Positions 25,125 to 38,199 of a stretch of 64,000 nt of DNA are shown here, piece after piece. Both the position numbers and the translations under genes were made by a program. Where the stretch lies: assembly GCF_036971445.1 (NCBI RefSeq), contig NC_091477.1, forward strand, positions 97,278,001 through 97,342,000, written 5' to 3'. Positions within the stretch are counted from its first letter, which is position 1; every line of letters starts with the position of its first letter. The notes beneath the pieces are model-generated. The model was not told where the DNA came from, searched no databases, and saw nothing but the letters and a program-made list of their open reading frames with translations. This DNA is from Narcine bancroftii. Its lineage: Eukaryota.

Positions 25125-26350
25125 TAGGTTTCCAAGTATGTTGATGATATAAAAATAGGTGAAGGCCATGTGGTGATAAGGACATTGTTATTCTGTAACC
25201 AGTGGCAGATTAACGTAGTAGCAAGCATAGCATATGCTATGAGTCCTGCATTTTCAAGGGCCCCACACTAAATGTTTGCTGACATGCTCTGCTACTTTTA
25301 TGTCCTATGAATTCTAAACAACTGACTGGATGTTTAACTTACACATTTTTGTTTTCATCTTTGCGTGGTGGCTATGAGATACCACACTCCCATAGTCTGT
25401 GTTAATAACCCCGAGTGTGGTATCTCACAGCCACAAGGTTAGTGATTTTAGCCAATTATCACCTTTAATGGGGATATTAACACAGACTATGGGAGTGTGG
25501 TATCTCATGGCTGCATAATAATTTGTTGATTCCCAACGTGAAAGAAATGGAGACTGAACAAAAGTATTGGGGCACACTTCTAGAGCGAATACCTTTGATA
25601 TTTGAAATTGATATCTACATGTAAGTAATACTATTAGTGTCATATAATGGCTGTTTGGGTTTGTGCGGGGGGCAGGGGGAGTGAATTGGAGGGAATTATG
25701 AAAGCTTAAAGGGGTGGTAGCAAAAATTATTACAACCTTTCATCAAGATGTAATCTCTGAATATATAGTGATTTGAGAAAGCTAGCATCATTTTGTTAAG
25801 AATAATTAAGACCATTTCAAACTTAACTAAGTGGAAGACATGTAGTGTAGGTGTCAGAAACTCTCTCGGGGGGCAGGGGGCACTGCCATCACACTTCCCC
25901 CTCAACGTGCATGCGCCAGCCGGCACTATTTAGGGCCCCTTTGTAATATGTGCTACAGGCCCACAATACCTTAATCCGGCCATGTCTGCAACAGGATATA
26001 GATGGATTGTAGTTGAAAACCTGGCAAATAGAGTGAGGAAGTGTGAGGTCATGCACTTCACAAAGGGACATCGCTACAAAATAAGAAGTTGGCCATTTAA
26101 AGCTGAGGACCGTGTACATTTCTTATCTCATAGGTATCAAATCTCTGGAATTCTTTCTCTCCAAGGATATTGGAGGCCAGATCATCGGATATGAAGATAG
26201 ATGAATAGTTGAAAGATTTTGAGGAATTCAAATTATAGACAAAAATGGCACAGGAGTGAAAATCATTGTGGATCAGCCATGAACATATCGAATGACAGGG
26301 CAGTCTCAAGGGGGCTGGAGACTTGCACCTGTTCCCAGCTTCTTGTCTAC
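25125..26350 (+). mobile_element. Degraded CR1-type LINE split by a hAT insertion
   Basis: SKYVDDIKIG on the left continues as LQQDIDGL...KCEVMHF after 25985. Confidence 0.7.
25200..25984. mobile_element. Non-autonomous hAT-type DNA transposon (785 bp)
   Basis: TIR-like ends cagtggcagattaa / ttaatccggccatg; 8-bp TSD tctgtaac / tctgcaac; interrupts a CR1 frame. Confidence 0.8.
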
Positions 26351-26599
26351 TTGCGTAAGGGCTAGTAGATAAGCTGGTAGCACCAGATATCAATCGATGG
26401 AGGAAACTTGGCATATGCTTTGCCTATTTATCAAAAGATCGATTCTTGTTCTTGCCAGTAGTACCAGTTGTTTCCTCAACAATTCTTGTAGATATTTGCT
26501 AATTGGGGTTAATGGAAAGAATATCTAATAGGAATTATGAACTAATGTTAAGGAGCCAGGAAAAAGTTAAGGTTCAAGGTTCCTATTATTTTCAAGTAA

Positions 26600-27040
26600 T
26601 TCATCATTCATTCATTCAGGTGCCTTGCCATTCGGCGTGAGTGATCATCTTTCTCCATCCATCATGATCTTTGATCCTCGAATTGCAGTTGTTGCCTCCC
26701 CTGTTCTCCTTCGGTCAAGGTTCCAATTTTGAGCTGAGACCGTAGTGGATGTTGAGTTCATGATTATACAAGGGAAAAATACTGAAGTGATTTCCCATTG
26801 CCTTCTTCAGTTGCAGTGTCCATACTGGACGAGTAATCCTGGCCATTGATCAGCAGATTCATTTGCCCAGCATTTTTAATTTTACAAATGTGTATTCCAA
26901 TATGTAGGACCTGCTTGTAAAAACCACCTGCAATCCATGGCTTCACATGACCCTGATTGGGGGGCTAAACAGGTACTACACCTTGCCCAAGGGTGACCTT
27001 TAGGCTATCAGACAGAAGGAGCGTCCTACACCTCCTTTTG
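26600..27040 (-). mobile_element. Non-autonomous retroelement with an RTE-derived 3' end
   Basis: Its 3' end (gccgaatggcaaggcacctgaatgaatga on the minus strand) matches the RTE 3' end at ~44150-44221; the body is non-coding. Confidence 0.7.
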
Positions 27041-28118
27041 CTGAGTAATTGTGCAGCACTGACACTTGTTTCATGTACTATTACATTAAAAATTTAACTT
27101 TAACTTTTGCCTGCCATAAAGCAGACAAGACATCCATTGATATTGCCTGGCACCCCTTACAGTACAAGAGCAAGAGAAGAAAAAAGAGAGTTCCTTTAGG
27201 TCATTGAGGATGTGCCTGTGGTCACACAGACCCCTGCTCGATCCATCAGCAACCTGAGCTTCAGATCCAAACCTCTAACACAAACAAGGCATCAGCACCT
27301 GAGGCCCTTTGGGAGCTCTTCTTGCCCTCAGCATCCTCTCAAATCCTGGTTCCCATGAGCCAATCTCCAGCAGTCTGGAGCTCGTGTGGGTCCCTCAGCC
27401 ATTGAGCTCCTCACTGGTCTCACTGCCAAGATCACCACCCTGCAGGGTCATTTCCTCTGCTTCTCCTTCTCAATGGGAATATCATTCCCTTTTCTGGTGC
27501 CCTGCATCAATCAGGTGCCCCATGTCTGCAAACCCTCGCGGCCACTGCTGAGCACAGGCACAACCATTTTGGGCACAGACCTCCGATGTTGCATGATTTT
27601 ACTTACAAACACCTTTAACAGACTGCTTAAAGCATTAGGACAGGGTGGATGAAACCTTCAGAGCAGCATTGTGTCTCTCAGGATTGGCACCAGAACAATT
27701 CTTAGTGGGGCCATTAGGGTAACCAGAGTAGGCACAATCTGATCTTCGAGAACTCGCTCAGCGGAGGGGGTGGGTGGTAGTGCTGCCTACCAGTTTACCA
27801 TGAGCCAATGCCCATGGGTTCTCCCCCACCCCGGCACCGACCCTGATCTTTGTGGGTCTGCACCATTGACAGCTCTGCCATTACAGCAGCTCTGGCAGCC
27901 TCGCCATTTTCCCATATTAATGGATCATATTATAGTCAGATCTGTGTGTTACTTTATATTCATGTGTTAATGTTCACACTCAAACTTCTGGTAATAGTAA
28001 CGTACAAATTTAAGTAAAGAAATGTGTGATTGGAAATTTTATCCATCCTCCATCAGAAAAGTTCCCCATCTGTGGCGAGTAAACTTATCGTAATTAGGTT
28101 ATTCGTAAAAGTAGCACA

Positions 28119-29099
28119 GTTGGTTATTTTTCCAGACTCTTTTGTGTAGTCTTCCAAAGGCGCTATTTGCCTTGGCGAGTCTGTTGTCTATCTCATTGTC
28201 GATCCTTGCATCTGATGAAATGGTGCAGCCGAGATAGGTAAACTGGTTGACCGTTTTGAGTTTTGTGAGCCCGTTGGAGATGTGGGGGGGCTGGTAGTCA
28301 TGGTGGGGAGCTGGCTGATGGAGGACCTCAGTTTTCTTCAGACTGACTTCCAGGCCAAACATTTTGGCAGTTTCCGCAAAGCAGGACGTCAAGCGCTGAA
28401 GAGCTGGCTCTGAATGGGCAACTAAAGCGGCATCGTCAAAGATAAGCGTATACAGAGCCGTTGTCATACCCACACTCCTGTTCGGCTCCGAATCATGGGT
28501 CCTCTACCGGCATCACCTACGGCTTCTAGAACGCTTCCACCAGCGTTGTCTCCGCTCCATCCTCAACATCCATTGGAGTGCTTTCATCCCTAACGTCGAA
28601 GTACTCGAGATGGCAGAGGTCGACAGCATCGAGTCCACGCTGCTGAAGATCCAGCTGCGCTGGGTGGGTCACGTCTCCAGAATGGAGGACCATCGCCTTC
28701 CCAAGATCGTGTTATATGGCGAGCTCTCCACTGGCCACCGTGACAGAGGTGCACCAAAGAAAAGGTACAAGGATTGCCTAAAGAAATCTCTTGGTGCCTG
28801 CCACATTGACCACCGCCAGTGGGCTGATATCGCCTCAAACCGTGCATCTTGGCGCCTCACAGTTTGGCGGGCAGCAACCTCCTTTGAAGAAGACCGCAGA
28901 GCCCACCTCACTGACAAAAGGCAAAGGAGGAAAAACCCAACACCCAACCCCAACCAACCAATTTTCCCCTGCAGCCGCTGCAACCGTGTCTGCCTGTCCC
29001 GCATCGGACTTGTCAGCCACAAACGAGCCTGCAGCTGACGTGGACTTTTACCCCCTCCATAAATCTTCGTCCGCGAAGCCAAGCCAAAGAAAGAAAAAG
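28119..29099 (+). mobile_element. Young RTE-clade LINE, 5'-truncated with 5' inversion (28119-28437 inverted)
   Basis: RT C-terminus and terminal C2HC knuckle (CSRCNRVCLSRIGLVSHKRAC); (aaga)n tail; 12-bp TSD aaaagtagcaca. Confidence 0.93.
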
Positions 29100-29203
29100 A
29101 AAAGTAGCACAATATTCCCAGCAGTTTTGGATAAGAGAGAAAATTCATCCAGTGTCCTGCTTTTTTTAAATTGCTATTTGAAATGCATGCATGCTAATTT
29201 ATA

Positions 29204-29524
29204 TCAAGCTTTTTCTTTCCACTCACATACCTGTACCACCTTAAGTAATCCCTATGCTTTAGGTGCTCTGTAATTAGTAAGGGATTGAAAAGTTTGAAAA
29301 CTACTGTTTTAATCGAATCTAATTGACTCGCTATGTGCACAGTTTGATAACTCCAAGGGAAATGGGCCAATGACAATTTTTCTCAAGCAAAATATTTAAA
29401 TAACGATTAGGTTGAGGGCAGTGGTTCTCAACGTTAAGTAATCCCTTACTAATCACAGAGCACCAATGGCATAGGGATACTTAAGGTGGTGTGTAAGTGG
29501 AAAGAAAAAGTTTGGAAAGTGCTG
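29204..29524 (-). mobile_element. Third, internally deleted copy of the compound hAT element
   Basis: Same spacer and partial MITE modules as 9022-9395. Confidence 0.8.
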
Positions 29525-30483
29525 GTGTAGATAATGCCAAACTTGTTTTTGACATGAACGCTTGAATATCTTGTTAGCACTCAATACCAGACTCACACAT
29601 AAATAATGATATGTCTCGTGAATGCTGAAGGATGCCTGGCACTGGCGTACTGCGTGTGAAATCAATTACTTATGAAAGGAAAGCAGGGGCAAAAAATTAG
29701 ATCATTCTGAAAATGTGCCTGACACCAACAAAATTCACATTGCATGAAAAAAGTTGACAGGTGGTTCTATACTGGCAAATTGTTCGTCTCCTTTAAACAG
29801 TTCTGAGCATTTATGCCAAGGATACTGTAGCAGATGGTTTTTGGTTCTCAGTCAACAGTACCACTTCAAACAAAACTAACAGAAAAGTGTGTTGTTGGCA
29901 ACTTTTGGTTCCCTGCAGTTTACATTTTAAAGATTGTTTGGAGTGCAAGAGTATGATGGAATGGGCTTTTTTTTTCAGTTATCCCTGTTCTTTTTGATAG
30001 CTTGTAGACTAGAAGAAGCACAGTTAAAGGGGTTAAGTGTTGGTTCTTCAAAGCTTGTAAATAGTTTTAAATTAAATAATACAGAATTGTTTTCCAATGA
30101 AGCACGATAATTGAAAATATATGGGCAATCCCGAGAATGTGATGTTATTTATTTTCAATTATCTTGGAAATTGTTTAGTATCTGAAAGATTTTTAATTTA
30201 AATAAAGAACAGATCAACTTCTAAAAAGTTGAAGACTATGCAATAGTCTTGCCAATCAATACCCAAAGAATTTATTTACTCTCTTAAGATACTGTCTCTT
30301 GGAGTGAGTTTCATCATTTCCTGTAATGGATTACTACAAATCCACTGAATTATTAAAGAATATATTCAGAATGCACAGCAAAACAGCAGAAAATCTAAGT
30401 TATTTCAGAGAAAAAGACCCCAGACTAGCTGCTCAAATATATTATAAAATGTAATTTTCAGGCATATCCGAGCAAATGGAAAA

Positions 30484-30859
30484 AAACAGTATATTTTAAA
30501 TAGCAAAGATACATAACTAACGTTTCGGGCCTGAGCCTTTCATCAAGGTATGAGTAACATGTATGCAGGAGCCTGAACAAAATGGTGGCAGGTGGGTACA
30601 CGGGGAGGACCAAAGACCCACAGGTAAAAGGTAATAGGTGGGTAAGGGAGGGAGGGCACAACAGCAAACAGGGAAGGTGTATGGCTTTGTGAATGGAGAG
30701 GGAAGGGGTTGGAGAACTTGAGGAAAGGTGACAGAGGGACAGGGTAAAAAGAGAGAACATGGAGTGGTCTCTCAGAAACTGGAGAAGTCGATGTTAATGC
30801 CATCCGGCTGGAGAGTGCACTGTTTGACCTGCTGAGTTTCTCCACCATTGTGTTTTTAC
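30484..30859 (-). mobile_element. Penelope-like element with hammerhead-like core and an inverted terminal segment (30815-30859)
   Basis: Minus strand LQPDGINIDFSSF*, then ttgatgaaaggctcaggcccgaaacg; the pLTR tail lies on the plus strand at the right end. Confidence 0.8.
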
Positions 30860-32259
30860 AATGTGCAAAATAGTCTATTCTATTTATTATGTACATATTG
30901 AATGACATGAGTGAAGATGAAAGCCCAACTTTTAAACGTTTCCATCTCATTTACACTGAATACATCAAACTTATAGAGAGCAGATGCCGAAGTAGACACT
31001 AATCTAAAGATAGAAAAAAATATCAAAAGCCTATATACCCCATCGTGTCTGGAAATATACTTAAACCTGAAATGCTTTCACTAAATATAAAATGAAGTGA
31101 GGTGGAATATATAGTCTGCATTTACACCATCTATGAGATGCAGTGCAGCAACCTGAAAATAATTCTTTAAAAATACCATCCAAACCAGCAATCTCGACTG
31201 GCGAGAAAGAAAGGGAATTCAGGCACACATGAACAACCCTCGCCCCCACATTTTAACACCATTTCCTCCTCTTTCTCCCTCCAAGCAACACATCATGCTG
31301 ATTTGGAACTGAATCAGTATTTTTTCATTATTGCTGGATCGAAATCCTGGAAATCAATACTCAACAGTGCTGTGATATACCATCAATGTGCAGAAAGCTT
31401 CTTGATTCAAATTCAACTCCTCAAGGAGAGCCAGGAACAGGCAAATGCTGGCTGACAGCAAGTCCACATCCTATAAATAAATACAGTAAAATAAATCACC
31501 ACTGCAGATAAAATAGAAAAGAAGGTCTGCTGAAAATCTGCAAGAGAAGGCTGGAAATACTCAGCAGGGCAGGCAGCATCTCCAGAGAGAAATCAACATT
31601 AAAATAATGGGTTATAAAGATCAGAGACATGGAATGCATGTGCAACTTGGTGCACACACAAAATTCTGGCTGTGACCTATTAACATGATCCCAATACTAA
31701 TAGTACTGTTACAAAATTAGAAAAAGCACTCAGCAAGTCACACAATGTTAGTAACCTGCTGAGTATTTCCAGCATTTTCTGTGTTTGATCTAACATGGTT
31801 CTCTTGTTCTAATTGGTGCTATTGCTAAGTTTAACTCATAAACATGAGGTAGAACTGGCTGAAGCTACGCTGGTTAAAACCATACATCAGTCCCATAAAA
31901 GGGCATGCTTTATGCAGTGTGAGATGTCACTTAACATGGTTTCGGAGTCTCATGGAAGGCATACAAGTGATAGCACTCTGACTTTCAGCTCAATGATCAT
32001 GGGTAAAAATGGAGGAGACACATGGGTTCTAATTGCTCAACCCCCATTCACATTCTATTTCCTGCTCATGCCACTACCTCTACTCATTTAGTACCTGCAT
32101 ATCATGCAAAAATGGGCTTCTTGTCTTCTCCCTATCCTGACGAGAACACCACCCACGTCTCTTGATTCTTTCAGATAACCAGAATTCTTAAATGGACATG
32201 TGGTGCAGGTGGCAGCAAGAAAGTGGTCCATCACTCAATCTGAAATCCACCTACCAGCT

Positions 32260-33395
32260 GACATTTTGTAAACTTCAGAAAATGGTTTGGACAATTTTGA
32301 TGAAGTGGAAAGATATTGTTTCACTCACTCACGTTCAATGGTTACATGATATCATGTCTTATTTAAGTTTGGAAAAAATATATAATATTAAAGATGTAAA
32401 GTCTGAATTTGATAAGATGTGGGCCCATTCATGAATTATTATCATAATCTGAGGATTTAAGTGGTGTAGATGCTCTTGGGCTTCTCGACCTGTGTATGGG
32501 AGCTGTTATTCCATTCATATTTACAATATGTACAGATAATCTTGTTAAGAGGGAGGGGGTATAATTTTTTTTTACCTTTTCATTATTAAGACTAATAAGT
32601 AATGGGAGGTTAACTACAGATTACAGATCATATCACAGAACAACATGATCACATAAGAGAAGTATAAAATATATAAGGGAATTTTATGTTTATATTTTGT
32701 ATATTTTTTGAATTCAATATTGATTTTGGACATAATATGAGTTATGATTTAATTATTTAATGATTATAATTATAGAATTTATGTCCTGATCAAAATGTTA
32801 ATGTATTAATTATGTTTATGCTTCTAATTTTCAATTGATATGTGATATATATGATATGATTTCTTCTTTTCTTCTTTGGCTTGGCTTCGCGGACGAAGAT
32901 TTATGGAGGGGGTAAAAAGTCCACGTCAGCTGCAGGCTCGTTTGTGGCTGACAAGTCCGATGCGGGACAGGCAGACACGGTTGCAGCGGTTGCAGGGGAA
33001 AATTGGTGGGTTGGGGTTGGGTGTTGGGTTTTTCCTCCTTTGCCTTTTGTCAGTGAGATGGGCTCTGCGGTCTTCTTCAAAGGAGGTTGCTGCCCGCCAA
33101 ACTGTGAGGCGCCAAGATGCACGGTTTGAGGCGTTATCAGCCCACTGGCGGTGGTCAATGTGGCAGGCACCAAGAGATTTCTTTAGGCAGTCCTTGTACC
33201 TTTTCTTTGGTGCACCTCTGTCACGGTGGCCAGTGGAAAGCTCGCCATATAACACGATCTTGGGAAGGCGATGGTCCTCCATTCTGGAGACGTGACCCAT
33301 CCAGCGCAGCTGGATCTTCAGCATGTTACCATTAATATACCTTGTGTAAAGGGTTTTTGTTAACTCAATAAAAATATTTTTAAAAGAAGAAAAAA
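32260..33395 (+). mobile_element. L1-like 3' end interrupted by an RTE copy
   Basis: ILMKWKDIVSLTHVQWLHDIMSYLSLEKI; AT-rich UTR; aataaa and A-tail at ~33367-33395. Confidence 0.7.
32861..33323 (-). mobile_element. Young RTE LINE, 5'-truncated
   Basis: Nearly identical to 28640-29099 (ORF 32926-33324). Confidence 0.92.
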
Positions 33396-36300
33396 ATGGT
33401 TTGGAGAAGGTGAATCATTTTAACTTGAGGAAAGTCTTGTTTGTCAACTCTCTGGAGCATAGGATTGCACACAACTTCTGCTCCAGAAAACTTAGATGAG
33501 AATTTTGATATGACAGATGATAGATCAAGGCTGTTGGCCAGGCAATATTGGAAAGCTTGGCGCATGGCAAGTTTGCCTTAAAATGTGAGTGCGTAGAGTC
33601 TAATCTTAACCTTATGCCTGGTTTTATGCTGAACATGCAGTAGGTCTTCTTGCACATGGAAGTGGTGCCCAGCTCTATTTCAACACACACAGACTCAATC
33701 ATTAACCAGTGTCTGATGACTGAAGTGCAGTCATATACTGTAAATAGGGACTCTCAAAGACATTTTAAAAAGTATTTCTTAGCATATTTCTTCAGGCAAT
33801 AAATCCACATGGCTTTAAAGGACAGAATTATGACCATGACCTTTCTTTCACTCATTTTCTTTTGTCATTTTGACATATTGCACATACACCAGTTCTCAGA
33901 GTGATCCAATTTCCCCACTAGTTTTCCCTGAAAACCATTCTTCCCCCATTCCTATCAACTCTCCCAGATTCTACCTCTTCTGTGTACACCAGGGGGCATT
34001 TAGCCAGCCAACCCTCAATTTCGCCTGTGGCAAGAAAATGGAGCACTTGGGAGAAACCTAAGTGGTCACAAGGACAATATGCAAATTCCACAATCATGGT
34101 ACTGGAGAACAGTACTGACCCGGTCTTAGTATCTCTTCCAGCACACACGGAACAGACCCCAAGTAAAGTGCAGAAAACACACGCATTTAAGCATGATGTC
34201 CAAGTACATACATAACAATGAGATTCAACATTTTTTTGATAAAGGGTGATAATTATAGTCTAGGTACATTCTGCCTAACATCTCAATCTTCTCTCAATTA
34301 AGAAAGAGTTGCTTGATACAATATAAAATCCGGGAGGTGCTCTTCAATGCATGCATTAACTGTAAAGAGAAAAGTAGCACTGATGTCTCAAGTCAGAAAG
34401 TGAGATGTTAACTCAGTCCCTCTTTCTGAAAGTCCTGCCTGACTCACTGACTATTTCTGGCATGATATACATTTCTTATTTTGCCTGAATAAGCAATGTT
34501 TTATTTTGAGTCAGCATCGAGATAGTAGGAATCAGCAATATTCTCATCAAGTAACATCTGCGCATCATTTCAAAGTTTGAGTTGACTTCTAGGCCTCCAC
34601 AAAAAAGTGCTCCATGAACAGGCAATGCAAAATTGTTCTGAGATTCCAAGCTTTATCTCCAAGATGAATTTGAGAACACAAATTCTGCGTTAATTACTTA
34701 ATATATTTTAACTGCAAGGTGGTTTAATTTGGTAAGAACAAGGAATCATTGGAAAATATCAGTAAAGCCAAAGAATTTTAGCATTTTAGCTTAGATTTAC
34801 ACCATTCCATAGACTGGCTTATGTACAACATGTGTCATGGTTGACTGAAGCTTTCAATTCCCATTGTGTCTAACCAGTCTATCAAGCTAAACACTTGAAA
34901 GCATGCAAGTCAAAATTCTAGTGAACGATGAGTATTGTGTGTCAGCCCTAGCTTTTTAGAAAAGAAGTTTGGAGATTGCACGTCTTCTTTTTCATTATGA
35001 AGTGAGTATGTGATGATGTCTTGACTTTTGGATTTTGTAAATCCAAAGTGTCACTTGTTACAAACAAACCAGGCTTCTTGAGAAATGAACCACTGCTGTT
35101 CATGGCCAACATGATGAAGTATGTTCACAGGAGAAGAATATGATTCAAGTTTTTGGAGGGGAAGGAACGGGACATCCTAATTTAATCCAAGTTTAAGATT
35201 TGTTCTCCTTTAGACCTGGATTACATTCTCCCAAATTCATTCTTATTGTGCTGCCATTATCTAAGCTTCACAGTTTGTTCTCTACTTTGATCTCCTCTAG
35301 CTCACTGCTTGATTTTCTTCCTCCAACAATCTCTTCCTCATCCCTGGTCTCCTGCCTCTATTCAAAATTTCTTTCATGATCCTCTCTCACCCACCCCTGA
35401 TTTTTCTCTCACTTTTTCCTCAGTTTCCTACTTTTTGATCTGACTTGCATCTCTTCAGTCTGCAAGTTGAGGGTACCAGCTATATGCAGGAGTATTTGCA
35501 ACACTGGTCCTGCTGGGGGATAGGATGCTGATGGGTCCATACTTAGATTGCCTTATGATGCTATGCCAGATATTATTATGTAAAAACAGACCACACATTA
35601 AATAATACCTCAAACTCTAAAACCTGTATGAATAAAGAATCGTGGAAAAGTAACCCCAGTTTTCCCCAAGTTTCATTGCCGATCCTGCAAAAGAATTATT
35701 GATATTTTTTCACCACAGAAAGTATATGTGAATGATTCATGTTCAAATGTTGCACTTTGGAAAAACGTTACTTTGCACATGTTCAAGAACAACAATCCTA
35801 CGGAATTAAAATTAGAATCATACAAGTGAAGAATGATTATGGCACCAACCCGATTATTCTTATGCTCTTCATCTGGGCTCTTTCCAATTGCTTTTTAAAG
35901 GCCACCTTTGCAACTATATCTTAGATACTTTCAGAGTAATGAAAGGTTTTCTCCATAGCTCTCTGTATATTTTACCTACAATTTGATATCTGCCCTTCCC
36001 TTATCCTTAAACCATATCTTAAATAGAAGCAATGTCCCGCAGACTATGCAATCTAAACCATTCTGTAATCTTGTGCACCTATTTTCTCCATGTTCTTTGT
36101 TGAAAAGAGAACAGTCCTGGATCTCCAATCTAACCCGCGATTTGAAAGCAATGGAACTGTTAACCTGAGGTCTGGACTAATGAGATAAGAAAGTTCAAAT
36201 TGTCCCGAGGCTTAAAATTTCCATTCAATTATTTTTAAAAAACAAGAAACATAAAAATCCAACTGGATTCTTGTCAAAGGAAAATTGCCTTTTCTGCTCA

Positions 36301-37410
36301 TATTGAGTTGGATAAAATTGCTGCTCATCCATTGCTGTATGATGGACAAGCAGTCTGACAATTTAAAAGTAGTGCACATAATCAAGAAAGCTAATGAATA
36401 AATCAAAATTGGTGATGGCAACATGCATGAAGAAGCTAACGGTGTAGTTTCGGATGATTTTGCCAAGGGGCAACATTCAGGTAAAAGAAAAGGAGAACAA
36501 ATCTGACAGGGCCAATTACTGCTTCATCAGCCCAGTCTTAATCATCCACAAAGTGATGGAAGATGTTGCAAACAAGCACCAGTACCTCATTAGCTGGATT
36601 TTACCAGGTCCATTCTGTGCATTGTTACTCCTGTTTTGGATGAAGGGTGCAGAAATAAAGCCCCGAGGTGATATGAGTGTGACAGATTGACTTCAAGGTA
36701 GAATTTGACAACTATACTCTGTGTCAATGTAAGTGGTCATTTTGGCTAGATACAACACAACTAATCCAAGTTTTGGGGTAAAAATTTAAATATGACATTT
36801 TACAGAACTCTTGGATGAAAAGCAAAATTAATTTCTCTACTAATGAATCACCATGCAATTGTTTCTGTTGCCAATACTACCAGGTAATTTCTGCAACTCT
36901 TCCCTTCTCTAAACAATGTGGCTTGCCCTGGATTTACCTGGCATCCTGATAACTATAGTTGTTCAAAACAGAGATATGAGATAAATATTATATTTTGTAT
37001 GTCTCTCTTTCATACATTTTAATATGCCCACTCATTTATTAGCAAGCATTCAAATTGCTATAATTATGGAAGTAAAAGGAAAGAAATATGGATTCTTGCC
37101 ACATTCTTGACTTCTACTATCAATGAAACAGAGAAACATCTGGTCCATCACAGATCAAACCTGAACAATCAGTTCAGAAGGAAAGTAGTGAAAAGGAAAC
37201 CATCATTTATCTGTTCGAGGACAGACTGGACACAGGGGCGTAGCCAGGTTCTAATGTTAGGGGAAGCGAGCACATTTAAAAAAAGGAGCCATAACATGGT
37301 GAGTCAGTGGTTGAATGGTGGGCTGCACTGCTTTTTTTGGTGGCGCCAGACCGGAGCGCGGGGGCCAGGGTGGGGTGCAATTAAAACTGTCCAGATTTCA
37401 ACAATTCTTT

Positions 37411-37510
37411 TTCTGAGGAAGGGCTCCGACCTGAAACGTCAACCGCCTATTTTTTCCCATGCATGCTGCATGATATGCCAGTTTCTTCCAGCATGAGGTA
37501 TATTGCTTCA
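37411..37510 (+). mobile_element. Penelope-like pLTR fragment with canonical hammerhead core motifs
   Basis: CTGAGGA-agg gctccga cct-GAAAC gtc, then the typical tail. Confidence 0.65.
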
Positions 37511-38199
37511 AGAATCCTGATCAGGTTACTTAAACTACCTGGCAGCAAACAAGAGAACCTGCACATGCTGGGGTCAAGTGCACCACACAAAAGTCCAGCA
37601 CTTTTTTTGTACTACTTCAACTAAACACAATCTGTTGGAAGAACTTAGAGGGTCAACCATTCTGATGCTGCTCCATCCAGAAGATTATATTTAGCTTCAG
37701 ATTCCCACATCTGCAGTCTCTTAATCCCGACAAATAGTTGCCTTCACCAAATTAATTCAACATTGTAGGGCATCTGTTCCAACCTGGATGTGCAGGGCCT
37801 GACTCTCTCAGTTTAAGGGAGTGAGAACCAGCAGGGTGCATGGCAAACATTTTTCTGTTTGATTTAAATGTGCATGGCACTTTGTAATTCTGGAATCACT
37901 ATCATTTTTTGAAATACAGAGCATAATTAATCCTAATAAGATACACGTGTTCTTTCATCCATTTTCCCCATACTGTTTGCAAATCTCTTCTGAAACTGAC
38001 TGCAGTGTCATATTCACTCCCAATTAGTGATAAAGCTATGCCCTGCATTGTCACTGGTAACATGGAATATCAATGACCTTTTGATGCATGGTACAAATCC
38101 ATCTAAACTAGATTACTTGTCAGATAGATATTGGCCCAAGTGGGATCAGATTCAGATCCAGGTCTCATCACGAATATTATATGTAAAGGGTAAAACCAG

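Noticed and set aside
28669-29273. Overlapping antisense and alternate-frame ORFs recurring at 32.9, 41.5 and 42.6 kb
   Set aside because: Shadow frames of the same GC-rich RTE 3' end, not separate genes
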